Positions 24,085 to 38,730 of a stretch of DNA of 64,000 bases are shown in pieces. Position numbers and translations under genes: made by a program. The notes below the pieces were generated by a model. The model worked only from the letters and a program-made list of their open reading frames with translations. It was not told where the DNA came from and did no database searches. Location: assembly GCF_030144855.1 (NCBI RefSeq), contig NC_082714.1, positions 94,798,001 to 94,862,000 on the forward strand. The letters run 5' to 3'. Positions within the stretch are counted from its first letter, which is position 1. Each line of letters begins with the position of its first letter. The DNA comes from Hypanus sabinus (lineage: Eukaryota).

Positions 24085-27000
24085 CGATATAACCATATAA
24101 CAATTATAGCACGGAAACAAATCCTGCTAGGCCCTTCTAGTCCTTGCCGAACGCTTACTTTCACCTAATCCCACTGGCCCGCACTCAGTCCATAACACTC
24201 CATTCTTTTCCTGTCCATATACTTATCTAATTTTTGCTTTAAATGATAATACCGAACCTGCCTCTACCATTTCTACTGGAAGCTCATTCCACACAGCTAC
24301 AACTCTCTGAGTAAATAAATTCCCCCTCGTGTTACACTTAAACTTTTGCCCCCTAAGTCTCAACTCATGTCCTCTTGTTTGAATCTCCCCTACTCTCAAT
24401 GGATAAAGCCTATCCACATCAACTCTATCTATCCCCTTCATAATTTTAAATACCTCTATCAAGTACCCCCTCGACCTTCTACGCTCCAAAGAATAAAGAC
24501 CTAACTTGTTCAATCTTTCCCTGTAACAGGTGCTGAAACCCAGGTAACATTCTACTAAATCTTCTAGTAACTCTTTCTATTTTGTTGACATCTTTCCTAT
24601 AATTCGGTGACCAGAACTGTACACTATACTCCAAATTCGGCCTTACGATTTTAACATTACATCCCAACTCCTATACTCAATGCTATGATTTATAAAGACC
24701 AACATACCAAAAACGTACTTCACCACCCTATTCACATGAGATTCCATCTTCAGGGAACTATGCACCATTATTCCTAGATCACTCTGTTCTACTGCATTCT
24801 TCAATGCCCTATCATTTACCATGCCTGTCCTATTTGGATTATTCCTACCAAAATGTAGACCCTCACAGTTGTAAGCATTAAACTCCATCTGCCATCGCTC
24901 AGCTCACTCTTCTAACTGGCCTAAATCTCTCTGCAAGCTTTGAAACCCAACTTCCCTATCCACAACGCCACCTACCTTAGCATCATCTGCATACTTACTA
25001 ATCCAATTTACCACCCCATCATCCAGATCATTAATGTATATGACAAACAACACTGGACCCAGTACAGATCCCTGAGGCACACCACTAGTCACCGGCCTCC
25101 AACCTGATAAACAGTTATCCACCACTACTCTCTGGATTCTCCCATCCAGCCTCTGTTAAATCCATTTTACTACCTCAATATTAATACTAAACTATTGAAA
25201 CTTCCTAACTAACCTTCCGTGCGGAACCTTGTCAAAGGCCTTACTGAAGTCCATATAGACAACATCCACTGCTTTACCCTCGTCAACTTTCCTCGTAACC
25301 TCTTCAAAAAATTCAATAAGATTTGTCAAACATGACCTTCCACGCACAAATCCATGTTGACTGTTCCTAATCAAACCCTATCTATCTAGATAATTATATA
25401 TACCATCTCTAAGAATACTTTCCATTAATTTACCCACCACTGACGTCAAACTGACAGGCCTATAATTGCTATGTTTACTCTTAGAACCCTTTTTAAACAA
25501 TGGAACCACATGAGCAATACGCCAATCCTCCGGCACCATCCCCGTTTCTAATGACATTTGAAATATTTCTGTCAGAGCTCCTGCTATTGCTACACTAACC
25601 TCCCTCAATGTCCTAGGGAATTTCCTGTCAGGATCCGGAGATTTATCCAATTTATATTACTTTCGAACGCCAGTACTTCCTCCTATTTAATCCTCATAGT
25701 TTCCATAACTTCCCCACTTGTTTCCCCTAACTTACACAATTCAATATCCTTCTCCTTAGCGAATACTAAAGAAAAGAAATTGTTCAAAATCTCCCCCATC
25801 TCTTTCGGCTCCACACATAGCTGTCCAGTCTGATTCTCGAAGGGACCAATTTTAACCCTCACTATCCTTTTGCTATTAATATAACTGTAGAATCCCTTCG
25901 TATTATTTTCACCTTACTTCCCAAAGCAACCTCGTATCTTCTTTTAGCTTTTCTAATTTCTTTCCTAAAATTCTTCATACATTCTTTATATTCTTTGAGC
26001 ACCTCATTTACTCCATGCTGCCTATATTTATTTTAGATATCTCTCTTTTTCCTAACCAAGTTTCCTATATCCCTTGAAAAGCATGGCTTTCTCAAACTTT
26101 TTAACATTTCCTTTCAACCTAAGAGGAACAAAATGATTCTGCACCCTCAGAATTTCACCTTTAAATGACCTCCATTTCTCTATTACATTCTTCCCAGAAA
26201 ACAAATTGTCTCAATCTACTCCTTCTAAATCCTTTCGCAGCTCGTCAAAGTTAGCCTTTCTTCAATCAAAAATCTCAACCCTGAGTCCAGTCCTATCCTT
26301 CTCCATAATTATATTGAAACCAATGGCATTGTAATCACTAGACCCGAAGTGCTCCCCAATACATACCTCCGTCACCTGACCTATTTCATTCCCTAACAGA
26401 AGATCCAACACTTCCCCTTCTCTAGTTGGTACCTCCATGTATTGCTGCAAAAAACTATCCTGCACACATTTTACAAACTCCAAACCATCCATCCCTTTTA
26501 CAGTATGGGCTTCCCAGTCTATGTGTGGAAAATTAAAATCTCCCACAATCACAACCCTGGGCTTACTACAAATATCTGCTATCTCCTTGCAAATTTGCTC
26601 CTCCAATTCTCGCTCCCCTTTAGGTGGTCTATAATACACCCCTATAAGTGTTACTACACCTTTCCCATTCTTCAATTCCACCCAAATCGTCTCCATAGAC
26701 GAGTCCTCTACTCTATCCTGCCAGAGAACCACTGTAATATTTTCTCTGACAAGCAATGCAACATATCCCCCTCTTGTCCCTCCGATTCAATCACACCTGA
26801 AGCAACGAAATCCAGGAATATTTAGTTGCCAATCACACCCCTCCTGCAACCATGTTTCACTAATAGCTACAACATCATATGTCCAGGTATCAATCCATGC
26901 TCTAAGCTCATCTACCTTTCTTACAATTAAAATTTCTAGCATTAAAATAAATACATTTAAGAAATTCTAGCATTAAAATAAATACATTTAAGAAATTCTC

Positions 27001-28290
27001 CACCTCTTCCTCTCTGTTTATCTCTAACAGTACAAAGAACTTTACTGTCTTTTCCTTCCTTCTCCCATACATCTGTTCCTACCCTCTGGTTCCCCTCCCC
27101 CCTCATATCTAGTTTAAATCCACTGGAGCCTCTCTAGCAAATCTACCTGCAAGAATATTTATCCCCCTCCAGTTCATATGTAAACCGCCCCGCCGGAACA
27201 GGTCCCACCTTCCCTGGGAAACTATCCAATTGTCTATAAATCTGAAGCCCTCCGTCCTACACCATGTCTTCAGCCACGTGTTCATCTGCGCTATCTTACT
27301 ATTTCTAAACCCACCTGCACGTGGCACTGGTAGCAATCCTGAGATTGTTATCCTGGAGGTCCTATCTTTTAATTTGGCGCCTAGCTCCCTAAACTCACCT
27401 TTCAGTATCTCCTCACTCTTCCTACCCACTTCATTGGTCCCTACATGAACCACGACATCCGGCTACTCACTCTCCCTCTTGAGAATACTGAGAACGCGAT
27501 CCGAGATATCGCGGACCCTGGCACCAGGGAGGCAACAGACCATCCGGTTTTCTCGATCTCTTCCACAGAACCTCCTATCTGCCCCCTAACTATCGAATCC
27601 CCTATCACTACTGCTCTCCTCTTTTCCCTGCTTCCCTTCTGAGCTAAGGGTCCAGTCTCGATGCCAGAGACGCAACCATTGCAACTTGTCCCTGGTAGGT
27701 CGTTTCCACCAACAGTATCCAAAGCGGTATACTTATTGTTGATGGGAACGGCCACAGGGGTGCTCTGCTCTTCCTGTCTACTCCCCTTCTCTCTCCTGGC
27801 AGTCACCCAACTACCTGTCTCCTGACTTCTAGGGGTGAATATCTCTCTGAAACTCTTGTCTATTTCTGCCTCTGCCTCCCGAATGATCCGAAGTTCATCC
27901 AGCTCCAGCTCCAGTTCCCTAACACGGTTTGTCAGGAGCTGCAGCTGGATGCACCTTTCCCAGGTGTAATCATCAGGGACAGCTGTGCTCGCCCTGACTT
28001 CCCACATACCGCAAACGGAGTTCTCAACTGCCCTAACTGCTGTCCCCATTACCTACTCCTAAGCTAATTAGATTAATTAAAGGAGCTTACCCAGCTTTAC
28101 TTTACCTGGAGTGAAGTTCGTACTAAGCTTCCGCTCGCTGTTTAAATTCTCCCGCTGCCTCACGGTCCGACTGTCACGCGCTTGCGCAGTCTTGCCTCTT
28201 TGCAGCGATCAGTTTAAAAAAAGCAGATCACTCCGAGCTTCTTTTACCTCTTCCCTCTCGGCCTCTTGGTACGATATGACGATAACGTCA
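24085..28290 (-). mobile_element. Near-full-length decayed CR1 LINE (ORF1 plus ORF2)
   Basis: ORF1 with coiled coil (RVRELELELDEL) and SGNH-esterase remnants (VIGDSIVRG, HVGTNEVG, GLHMNWRG). APE (GVYYRPP, IVGDFNFP), RT motifs, and a tail at ~24085. Confidence 0.93.
26934..26995 (+). repeat. 31-bp tandem duplication inside the CR1
   Basis: ttctagcattaaaataaatacatttaagaaa occurs twice. Confidence 0.9.
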
Positions 28291-28589
28291 TACTGTTTTA
28301 CGTTTTGACTTGTGTCGTAAATACGCCTGATACTGAACGTCAGTCTTCTGGAATCTATTTTATTATTCGTTAATTTATTTCTGATAATATCAAGTCATCT
28401 GTTGTGTCACTTCTATGCTCTATGTAGTAGGCTACTTACAAATCTTCTAAATGTACGTCTTCTGAGTTACTCTCATTGCCATCTACAGCCTGAAATTCCA
28501 CTTTAAACAACGTCCTTTTGAACCTTCCTCAACTACCGGTCTCATGATCTTCTGAAGGGCTGAGCAGACATAACTCTCAAGCATGCAGG

Positions 28590-29640
28590 AATGGCGGTTT
28601 TAAGCAGACGAAGGTACATGGCCATGGCCGGAAGAGAGGGGGGAATGAGAAGACTCCAAACCAGAATGAAATGCCATGCAATGAACGGTCCTCCAGCCAG
28701 CATCTTGTTAGCAAATGTACATTCGCTGCAGAAAAATACTGAGGACCTAAAGGCAAGATAGCTGTATCGGAAGGAAATGAGGTATAAGACCCACTGGGTT
28801 CACGTTCTTGACAGTCTGTATTGCATGATAAACTCTCAGTGGCACAAGGACCTGACCGTTTATTCGTACTCTAGTCACTCCCAACTGGATCATCTAACGA
28901 TTAAGTGCCGAACATTCTACTTAACAGAAGAGTTTTCCTCAGTGATCCTGGGCGCAGTTTGCATGCCGCCAAAAGTCGGCATTGATCAAGCAGTCGAGAT
29001 ATCGAATACCATTATCTCCAACAGGACAGGGTCCAACCCGACGTTTTTCAGACCATAGTCGAGGACTTCAGCCAGACTAGGGTTGTTGAAGAAATCTCAG
29101 CCCAGTTATCATCAACATAAAAATTGCAGCTGCATCTGTCCCTGCATTTTACCACTGCTATAATAAGGAATAAGTTAAAATAAGGAATGCCTACCGTTCC
29201 ATGCCTAGACCGCATTTAGAGACATCTGATCACTTGGCTGTTCTTTTCCTATCTCCATGCAGGCAGAGGCTAAAGATCAAGTCTCCAGATATAACGACAA
29301 CAAAGAAATAGTCGCAGGAGTCAAAGGAGTGACTGCGACAGTGGTTCGTGGTGATGCACTGGGCCGAATTGAAGGACTCAGCTGAAGAATTGAATGAATA
29401 CACCACCGATTGTCACAGATTTTATTAAAACAGAGAGCATTTCCCTTCAAAATTATTCAGCCTTATCCTACCAGAAGAACTGTGTAAATCCTAAGATCCA
29501 AAATCTGCTGATCGCCTGATCAGTATCATTCAGATTTGGCGATCAGGTAGGATACCAGAGACGCAGGTACGAATTCTGAAAAACCATCCTACGCGTAATG
29601 TGGTCTGTAAGCCAGTAGAGTTGGTCGGTACCATCTGAAG
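28590..29640 (+). mobile_element. Rex1/Babar-like LINE APE fragment
   Basis: LDHLTIKCRTFYLTEEFSSVILGAVCMPP resembles the Rex1-type LxxKCRPFYLPREFSSVIxxAVYIPP motif. Confidence 0.75.
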
Positions 29641-31249
29641 GGAATAATGCTCATAGTGACGTTTGGCAAGGCAAGAGTTAGAAAATATGTGACAGCATTC
29701 CACCAGTGGTACCCTTATGTGTGCTATCATGCATTTTATAAATCTATCCAAAAATAAGCATTTCTGAAAAGTGGTGGATATAAAGTACAACATATATATT
29801 CAACCTAATGGTATTTTGTCATCAGTGATCCCTCAACGTTGAAGTTTATCACAATGATATCTGAGTTCAAGCACTTTTCATTAAATGTTGTTACAAAGTT
29901 CTACAATGAAAACTATGTCATTGGTGGCACTCGCAGTGCAGTGTCCAACTTCAGTCGAGTGAATCATCTCATTTTTAGAAACGCATTTGTCTGTTGTTTG
30001 TTTTAGAAAAGTCAATAAAACCCGAGGATACATAAAATCACATGGATTTTAGAGAATTTATTCAGGAATTCAAATAAGTAATCACGTTTTGTATATATTC
30101 CATATTAAGATCAGTACAACAGAAAATGTTACCCCACCCGCCAAAATGTAAAACAAAACACCTCATTTGGAGAGATTTCTGGAGTTTCATCAATGTCATG
30201 ATGCTCTCCATGTAGCCTCCGTACCCCCATTTGACCCCCGTTCACCTGGGGTAAACCGCCGTCGCCCCGTCAGTAGTGCAATACTTCGGTGTAAGTACGG
30301 TGTAATGCCCCCCAGTACACGCTCACAATACAAACACCAAACAATACCCAAAAGCGAGAAAATAATTGCAACTTTATAGTGATTTCTTAGTGATGGGCTA
30401 GCAGAAATGGATAACCTAAAGGCGCCAAAGTAATAATCAGTTTGTCAGTTTGTGCACATATTTTAATACGTCGGAGCTCATGCCTCCGGTTCCATCCATA
30501 AAGACCTTCCGAGCCTTCGACCGCCGACGTCCAGTTCCGTCGCTATGGAACCGCTGCCCGCTCCACACACGCCCGTCCTCCTCACTCTCCTCCCGAAAAA
30601 GACCGCGAACTCCCGTTCAGCTTACACGGACAAGAGAGATAACAATTCTCTATTGGTTATTTTTCCCCTTATAAGAGCCATAACCCAAACATACCAGACA
30701 CAGAATGCCATTACAGTATTCGCTCCCTGATAGCCTCAATGCCTTCTATGCTCGATTTCATCGTCCAAATATGGGGACACCTTCAGGAACTCCTTCGCGG
30801 TGACCGTGTAATTTCAGTTGCTAAGACGACGTGAGAGTATAATTTGTGAGTGTGATTCCACGGAAATTATCCGGCCAGGATGGGACACCTACCCGAGTAC
30901 TAAAGAACTATCCATATCAGTTGGATGGAATATTCACACCGATATAGTTAACCTTTCACTTCGGCTGTCTTCAATCACACTGGAGGCTAAAAACAACGTG
31001 GTGACCCACTTCAATAACTACCGTATATTAGAAATTACATTCCCTGTGATTAAGAGCTTTTGAGAATCTGATGATTAAATATATCAGGTTCTGCCTGAGA
31101 ATCGACTTTAATCACTTCCAGTTGACACATCTGCACAACGGGTCCATAGTACATGTCATTTCATCAGCTCTTAACTCAATCCTAGACGATCTGAAAAACA
31201 ACGATGTATAAATCTAGATGCTCTCTATCGTCTATTGCTCGGTCTTCGA

Positions 31250-31950
31250 TACTATCATCTCATAAAAAATAATCAATAAGTTTAAATTCTTTGCCTCGAT
31301 ACATTATTATGCAATTGGATCCTCGATTTCCTCACTTGCAGACCCCTGTCTGTTCAAAATTGGCAACTGCAACTGCTGCACCATCTCCAAAAGCACAGGT
31401 GCACCACATGGTTGTGCGATTAACCTCCTGCTCGACTCGTTTTATACTAATGACCGTGAGGAAAAGCAAAGCTCCAATGCCATGTTTCAGTTTCTGATGA
31501 CAGCACTGTCGTTGACCGAATCAAAGGTGGTGATGAATCAGTATTTGTGAGAGATATTTAAAATATGGCTGAGTAGTGCCACAGTAACAAACTAGCACCG
31601 CCATCATCGAGCACAAAGATCTGATTTTTGAGATCAGGAACTGACAATTGGAGATCCATGAACGAACCCTCATCGAGGCATGAAGGGTAGAAAGGTTCAA
31701 CAACTTTTTTTTTCTCTGCTGTTATTTCAGGGGATTCTGTCCTGGGCCGACACGTAATTGCAATCACAGTAGTGTCTATACTTCTTTACAATTTTGTGAA
31801 GATTTGGCATGACATCTAAAATTTTGACAAACTTCTGTACATGTATGGTGGAGAGTATGTTGACGATTTACATCCAGGGCTGGTATGGAAGCACCGATGC
31901 CTTTGAACGGAGAATCGTAAAATAACTAATAAATGCTGCCCAGAACATCC
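31250..31950 (+). mobile_element. Rex1/Babar-like LINE RT fragment
   Basis: ttatgcaattggatcctcgatttcctc (LCNWILDFL), plus KFSDDSTVV-like and C-terminal remnants. Confidence 0.7.
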
Positions 31951-31979
31951 CACCCCACCACTAAGCACATCTACACTGA

Positions 31980-34420
31980 CAACATCCCACTACAGATCGC
32001 AGGAAAACAGCGTCCAACATAAAACCATAAAAATATCCGTCCGTCGAACCTGATCTGCCATTTCAACCAGTCAGTTCCATTTCCATCCCAGCCCCAGTCT
32101 CCTATCTTCGCTTCGTATCCCTTCATGGTCTGACTAATCAAGAGCCCAGCAACCTGGGTAGTACATATACCTAATGACTTATCTTTCAAGACTGCTTGTG
32201 GCAACAAAATCCACGGAATCACCACTCTCTGGCTAAAGAACTATATCCTACCTGCCCCTCCACCTATCTTCCTCTTGTCCGTAAACATGGCCACAAAGCT
32301 TTCAATTCCGTCGTCCAAATTATTGATATGTAACGTAAAAAAAGAAGCGGTTCCAACGCAGTCCCCTGTGCAATATGACTCGTCACTGGCAGCCAACTAA
32401 AAACGGCTCATTTTATTCCCACGCTTTCACTCCTACCAATCACCTAATGCTCTTTCCAGTTTGGTAGTTTTTCTTTAATACCGTGTGCTCTTAATTTGTT
32501 AAGCAGCCTCATCTGTGGCACCTTGCCAAAGGTCTTCTGAAAATCCAAATACACAAAATCATCCTATTGGTTATTTCTTCAAAGAATTCCGACAGATTTG
32601 TCAGTCAAGAATTTCCGTGAAGGAAACCATGCTGACTTCCAGCTATTTTATCATGTGTCTCCAAGTGTCCCAAATCACATCCTTAGCAATCGAGTCCAAC
32701 ACCTTCTGAAACACTCAGATCAGACTAACTGGCCTGTAATTTTCTTTTTCCTTCCTCTCTCCCGTCCCAAAAAGTGGAGTGCCATTTGCAATTTTGCAGT
32801 TCTCACGCCTCTCTTTTACAATTGATATATCCGAAGAAATATTTGGTATATTCTTTAACATTACTGGCTAGCCTACTTCGTTTTCCATCGTTTTCTTCAT
32901 TATGGCTTTTTAGTTGACTTTTATTGGGTTTTTTTAAAGCTTCCCAAAACTCTTGTCTTCCCATAATATTTGTTCTATGATGTTCCCTTCCTCGGTTTTG
33001 ACTTTTATTGTCAGCCACGATTGTGTCATACTGCCATTAGAATACTTCTTCTCTGGTGTGTATCTACCATGTGCCTTCCGCATTGCTCCCACAAACTCCA
33101 GCCATTGCAACTGTCAACTTCCAATCAACATTGGCCATCTCCCCTCTCATTCATCTGTAGTTCATTTTACTTCAGTAAGTACTGATTCATCTGAGTTTAG
33201 ATATTATTCTCAATTTGCAGGATTAATTCTATCATATTATGATCACTGACTCCTAAGTCTTCCTTTAACAAGTTCTCTAATTAATTCAATATCATTGCAC
33301 AACACTTATTGCAAAAGCACTAATCCACCCGTGAGCTCAATAAAGAGCTGCTCTAAAAGCCATCTCGGAAGCATTCTACAAGTTCCCATCTTGTGTTCCA
33401 GCAGCAACCTGATTTTGCAAATTAGGCTTCATAATGAAATCCTCCATGACTATCATAACATTGCGCTTCCGATTTACATTTTCTCTCACGCTTTGTGAAT
33501 TGTAGACCACATCTTCGCTATTGTCCGTAGGTCTGCATAATACTCCCATCAAGGGATTTGTAGAGTTGCAGTTTCTTATCTCTACGAACAAGGATCCTCC
33601 ACCTCCGATCCTGTGTTACCCTTTTCTGAGGATTTGAATTCAGAGAAACAGCACAGTACATCCCTTACGACCCATAATGCTGTGTTGAACATGTACTTAG
33701 TTTGCAGGTTACCCCGGGCTACCCACAGCCAACTATGTTTCTAACATCATGTATTTATTCAAAACCTTACTGTAACCGCCTCCACCACAGTCGCCGGCAG
33801 CCCATTCCTTGCACTCATTACTCCCTAAAAGTGAATCACCTCACACTGATCTGAGTTGAACACCATCTGCCACTTGTCAGCCCAGCTTTGCATCCTATCG
33901 ATGTCCCTTGGTAAACTCTGACAGCCCTTCACGAAAGCCACAACACCCATGAAGAGAAGAGGTCTCAGAACAGATCCCTGAGGCACACCATTAGTCACCA
34001 ACTTCCATGCAGAATATGGCCCGTCTACATTCACCCTTTGCGTTCTGTGGGCAACCCGACTCTGGATCCCCAAAGCAAGGTCCACTTGGATCCCATTCCT
34101 CCTTACTTTCTCAATAAGCCTTGCATGGGGTAACTTTCAAATGCCTTGCTGAAATCCATATACGCTACATCTATGACCTCTAATTTCATCAACCTGTTTC
34201 ATCACGTCCTCAAAAATTTCAATCAAGCTCGTAATGCGCGACCTGCCTTTGATAAAGCTATGCTGACTATTCCTAATCATATTATACCTCTCCCAATGTT
34301 CATTAATCCTGCCGCTGAGGATTCGCCCCATCATCACTGAGGTAAGATTCACATGGTCTATAATTTCCTGGGCTATCTCTACTCCCTTTCATGAATAAGG
34401 GAACAACATCTGCAACCCTC
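31980..34420 (-). mobile_element. Old decayed CR1
   Basis: GVPQGSVLRPLLF, QSWADKWQMVFN, IRNSQHSFIKGRS, and APE remnants. Confidence 0.8.
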
Positions 34421-34653
34421 CAATGCTCCGGAACCTTTCATTTATAAAAACATATTTTTCATTTTACCAACACAGCCACTTTTCTGCCAACCTGCCTGTC
34501 CTTTCGATACAATGCGCATCAAACAGTTGAACATGTAGCATTTTGGTCGGTGTGGACGTTGGGCTTGGAGAACATTTGTAGGGAGAGACTGGGGAGAATT
34601 ATGCCCTAGAGTACAAGGCACAAACTACACCCAGAACTTAAACCCAGTTAGCT

Positions 34654-34827
34654 NNNNNNNNNNNNNNNNNNNNNNNNNNNNNNNNNNNNNNNNNNNNNNN
34701 NNNNNNNNNNNNNNNNNNNNNNNNNNNNNNNNNNNNNNNNNNNNNNNNNNNNNNNNNNNNNNNNNNNNNNNNNNNNNNNNNNNNNNNNNNNNNNNNNNNN
34801 NNNNNNNNNNNNNNNNNNNNNNNNNNN
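34654..34827. other. Assembly gap (174 N) between the two duplicated units
   Basis: Run of N in the sequence. Confidence 0.98.
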
Positions 34828-34849
34828 TGGTGGACGGGTATTGCCCCTC

Positions 34850-37800
34850 TGGTAATCACCGGTTTGTTAGGCAGTGTCGACAGTGGCTATCATGGCCGAT
34901 CCTGGAACGGTAGGCTCTGCCACAGTTGCTGCTTGTGCAGGGCGTCGTGGAATTGCCGTCCGCTGAGCTCTCCGTTTAGCTCTCCGCTCCTCAAACTGAC
35001 TCAGGATCACTCTTTCGCCTTCCTCTCCGTATTGCTGAAGAATACCTCGCCATTTGTTGCGGTCATCTTCTGTATCCTCCCAGCACTCAGTGTTGATTTT
35101 CAAGGCTTTCACTTCGCGCTTGCAGATATGTCGTCCTTGAAGCGAAGCTGGAGTCTACCAAGGTTCTTCTTGTCTGTTGCTAGTTCTCCGTACAGTATGT
35201 CCTTTGGCTGTCTGCGTTGTCTTAAAAGTTTGAGAATCTAAAACGTGGGAGAGGACCTCAGAGTTTGGGACTTTGTCTCTCCAGGTGATGCCGAGGATGC
35301 AGCGAAGGCTGCGCAAGTGACAACTATTGAGTTTCCTCTCTTGTTTGGAGTAGATGGTCCAAATCTCTCTATCATATAGGAAGGTGCTGATAACACATGC
35401 ATTGTACACGGCAGTCTTGGTCTTTGTCGCGAGTTTCGGATTCACCCAGACCCGCGAGAAGAGTCGAGGAAGGATCGATGTTTCTTTCCCGATACACCTA
35501 TTGATTTCAGCATCGAGGAAGAGAGCGCCACTAACGGTCGACCCCAAGTACGTAAACGCTTGGGCCACTTCTAAATCGTAATTGTCGATGGTATTAACTG
35601 GTGTCTTCACTACGATCTGGGCAAGGACATTTGTTTTCTTTAGGCTGCTGGTAAGCCCGAAGTCCTTGCATGCCTTACAGAAGCGGTCTATGAGAGTTTG
35701 TAGTTGTTGCTTGGTGTACGAGGTTATAGCAACGTCATCGGCAAAGAGCATGTCACGTTTTAAGATCTTTCGCACCTTTCTTCTTGCTCCGATGCGCGCA
35801 GGGTTGAACAGCCGCCCATCGGACTTGGTGAACCTTCTGTCGACGTCCCAAGCACGTGCTTCAATAGCATAAGAAGAAGATGCCGAATAATGTTGGGACC
35901 AACACGTACGGTTAACGAAAGGGTTCTAATGAGCTGCCATCGTACTGAACAGTAGACCTCATGTCGTCATGCAATCCATACTTTGGAGTTTCAGGGGACA
36001 GCCGATCTTGAGGAAAATCTGAAAGGGCCCATCCTTGCTGAAAAGGTCGATGCCTTGGTGAAGTCCATGAAAGCGACACAGAGGAGTTTCTGTTGTTCCT
36101 TGCACTTCTTCTGGAGTTGGAGGAGTGAGACAATCATGCCCACAGTTGACTTCCCTGCGCTTAAACCACATTGGGACTCAGGATAGACCGGTTCTGCCAG
36201 AGTTTGTAGACATGCCAGAGCTACACGAGCGAAGACTTTGCCGACAGTACTCAGGTGGGAAATGCCCCTGTAGTTGTTGCAGTCGCTCCTATCACTCTTG
36301 TTCTTATAGGAGTGACGATTTTGGAGCCGCGCATGGCCTGTGGTACGGCTCCTTCCTTCCAGCACTGACGGAGGTGCTCGTGTACAGATTGGTGGAAAGA
36401 GCTCTTGCTGTGTTTCATCATGTCTGGAGGAATCCCATCATTGCCAGAGCTTTCCCTGGGGCCAGACTGTCAATTGCCATGCTGTGGTCCTCGATGTTTG
36501 GTTCAGAGTCGAATTCATCCATGACTGGTAGACAGGCAATCGCTGGCATCAGTGGGTGAGCTAACAACATTTCCCTCGAGTAGAGCACACAGTAGTGTTC
36601 TACCCAGCGTTCCATCTGTTTGATTTTATCGGTGATTATTTCATCGCTGGATGACTTCAGGGGTGCTGTCTTGCTCTGCGATGGGCCGAGGGCCTTCTTG
36701 ATAACATCATACATCGATCTGATGTTGCCTGTCACAGCTGCAGTCTGAATGCCCTCACTGAGCTGGAGCCAGTACTCATTTGCGCACTGCCTTGCTGTCT
36801 GTTGCACTTTGCTTCTAGAAGCTCGAAGTGCCTGGTGTGTTTGGTTAGACGGTGGGAGCTTATACTCTGCGAGAGCTGCACGCCTGGTTTCAATGACAGG
36901 ACTCATGATGGTGGACTTTGCCTCAAACCAGTCACTGCTCTTTGTGGTCTTTCTTCCAAAGATAGAGAGTGCTGATTCGTGGATGGTGTCGCGAAAGTAG
37001 ACCATTGTCCTGTTGCAGTACCTCCTTGCGAGGAGGTGGTCATAGCACCCTGTACTGACTTGTCCAACTGCTCAACATTTTCTGACTGTTTCATCTCTGT
37101 TGTGTTGATGCGAAGTTTTCCAGTTAGTTTGAAGTGGTGGATTTTCTTCGGACGTAGTTTTACCTTGCTGCATGCTAAAGCATGACCCGGATAGCAGTCT
37201 GCACTGTGCTATGAGCGGCAGATTAGTACAGACTTGATGAAAGAGGGCCTGGTATTGATCATGTCTAGTTGGCGCCGGTGTTTAGACCGTGGATGTCACC
37301 ATGAGACCTTGTACTGCGACTTCATGTAAAAATAGGAGTTTGTTACACACAGGCCGTGATAGGGGCAGAACTCCAGGAGACGCTTTCCATTGTCATTTAT
37401 ATTGTCAATTCCAAATGGTCCAGACAAGACGGCCAGGAATCGTTATAGCCTCCCAATATGGCGTTGAAGTCACCAAGGAGAACGAGGTGCTCATCACTGG
37501 GAAAATTCCTGACAAGAGCTTCTAATTTGTCTTTGAACATGCCTTTTGCCTCAGAGGTGGAGTTCAAGGTAGGGGCATACTCACTGACGAGAGATGCTGG
37601 GCAATGACTGGTGTGTAGGCGGAGAGTCAAAAGTCGTTCTGATCCATTTTCTGGTGGCTCCACCATTTGCAACAAGGAGTTCCTAACGGCAAACCGCAAT
37701 CCATGCTCGCGGGCTCGTTTTTTACCCTGCCAGGGAACTATTTAGTCCCTTTCCTTCAGTGTACCTGAATCCTCCAAACGTGTTTCTTGTAGGGTAGCTA

Positions 37801-38730
37801 TATCTACCTTGAGCCTCAGTAGCTCATTGTTAATTACCGCTGTTTTTCGTGCATCATCGAAATCTTTGAGGTTTTGGTCAAGTTCAGTCATCACTGTGCG
37901 GACATTCCAACATCCCAACTTGAGGGGTGTTGTCTTATTCGATTTGTTTTCTTTCCTGTCTGGTCCAGTAGTTACAGTCAACGCTTCGTGGAATAATCCA
38001 TTCTCCCCATGCACTCAATGAGGAAGACTAACTTTGGCGGGACAGCACCTTATTGGCTTGACGCAGGCGGTAGCGGTCCAGTGAAACATGATGGTCTCTC
38101 CCACCGTCGGAAGCACCCCGGCGCCATGCACTAAGCCAATCAAGCATTATGACTTATAAACTGTAACTTATGCTTCCAATGTTTGTCCGGCGCTATAAAG
38201 CGAAGCTGGAGTGGCTGAAGCCAGGGCAGAATTGATAAGGGGATCTGTCTGTTTTCCATGCAGTGGGACCCTCCACTCCATGCTGTTGAGAAGTCCAAGG
38301 CAACGACGAAAGTTTGGTGCCAGCAGCATTGCAGAAGTTGCCATGCCGGTGCTGGGTACCGCAGTCAGCCGCCCTCGGGACTCCGACTCCGGATTTTTCC
38401 TTAGGCTTTACACCCGAAGCCTTTCCCGTGAGCGGGTATAGCCGCAAGGCAGCGAAGGTTTGTAATCGGAATTTTCCTGTCCTAGATGAGCTACCATCCG
38501 TGGTTAACGAGTCCCATCTGCCCGGAGGAAGTGGTTTTAAGGCGCCAGTTGTCCACATTTGCCTCTTCTCCTGTCAGTGAGAACGGCTCCGCCGGGGGTA
38601 AGAACCGTGCCACAAGTGAAGGCCAGGAGTTGGACTTGGTTGCCAGAGGCTCTTTCGGACACAAGCCATGAACAGCATTTGTTTATCAGTGGGAGCTCGT
38701 CCCCACTACTACCCTTCGATTATGAATACC
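34850..38730 (-). mobile_element. Near-full-length decayed RTE-clade LINE (unit B copy)
   Basis: LKLGCWNVRT (APE start), LLGDFN, YKNKSDRSDCNNYRGIS, MLFADDVA, KTKTAVYNACVISTFLY, ILGITWRDKVPNSEVL. ORF ends at 34864. Confidence 0.92.

Noticed and set aside
27109-28049. SGNH esterase-like ORF as a captured host gene
   Set aside because: An esterase domain is a known component of CR1 ORF1 in fishes, and here it sits in the normal ORF1 position.
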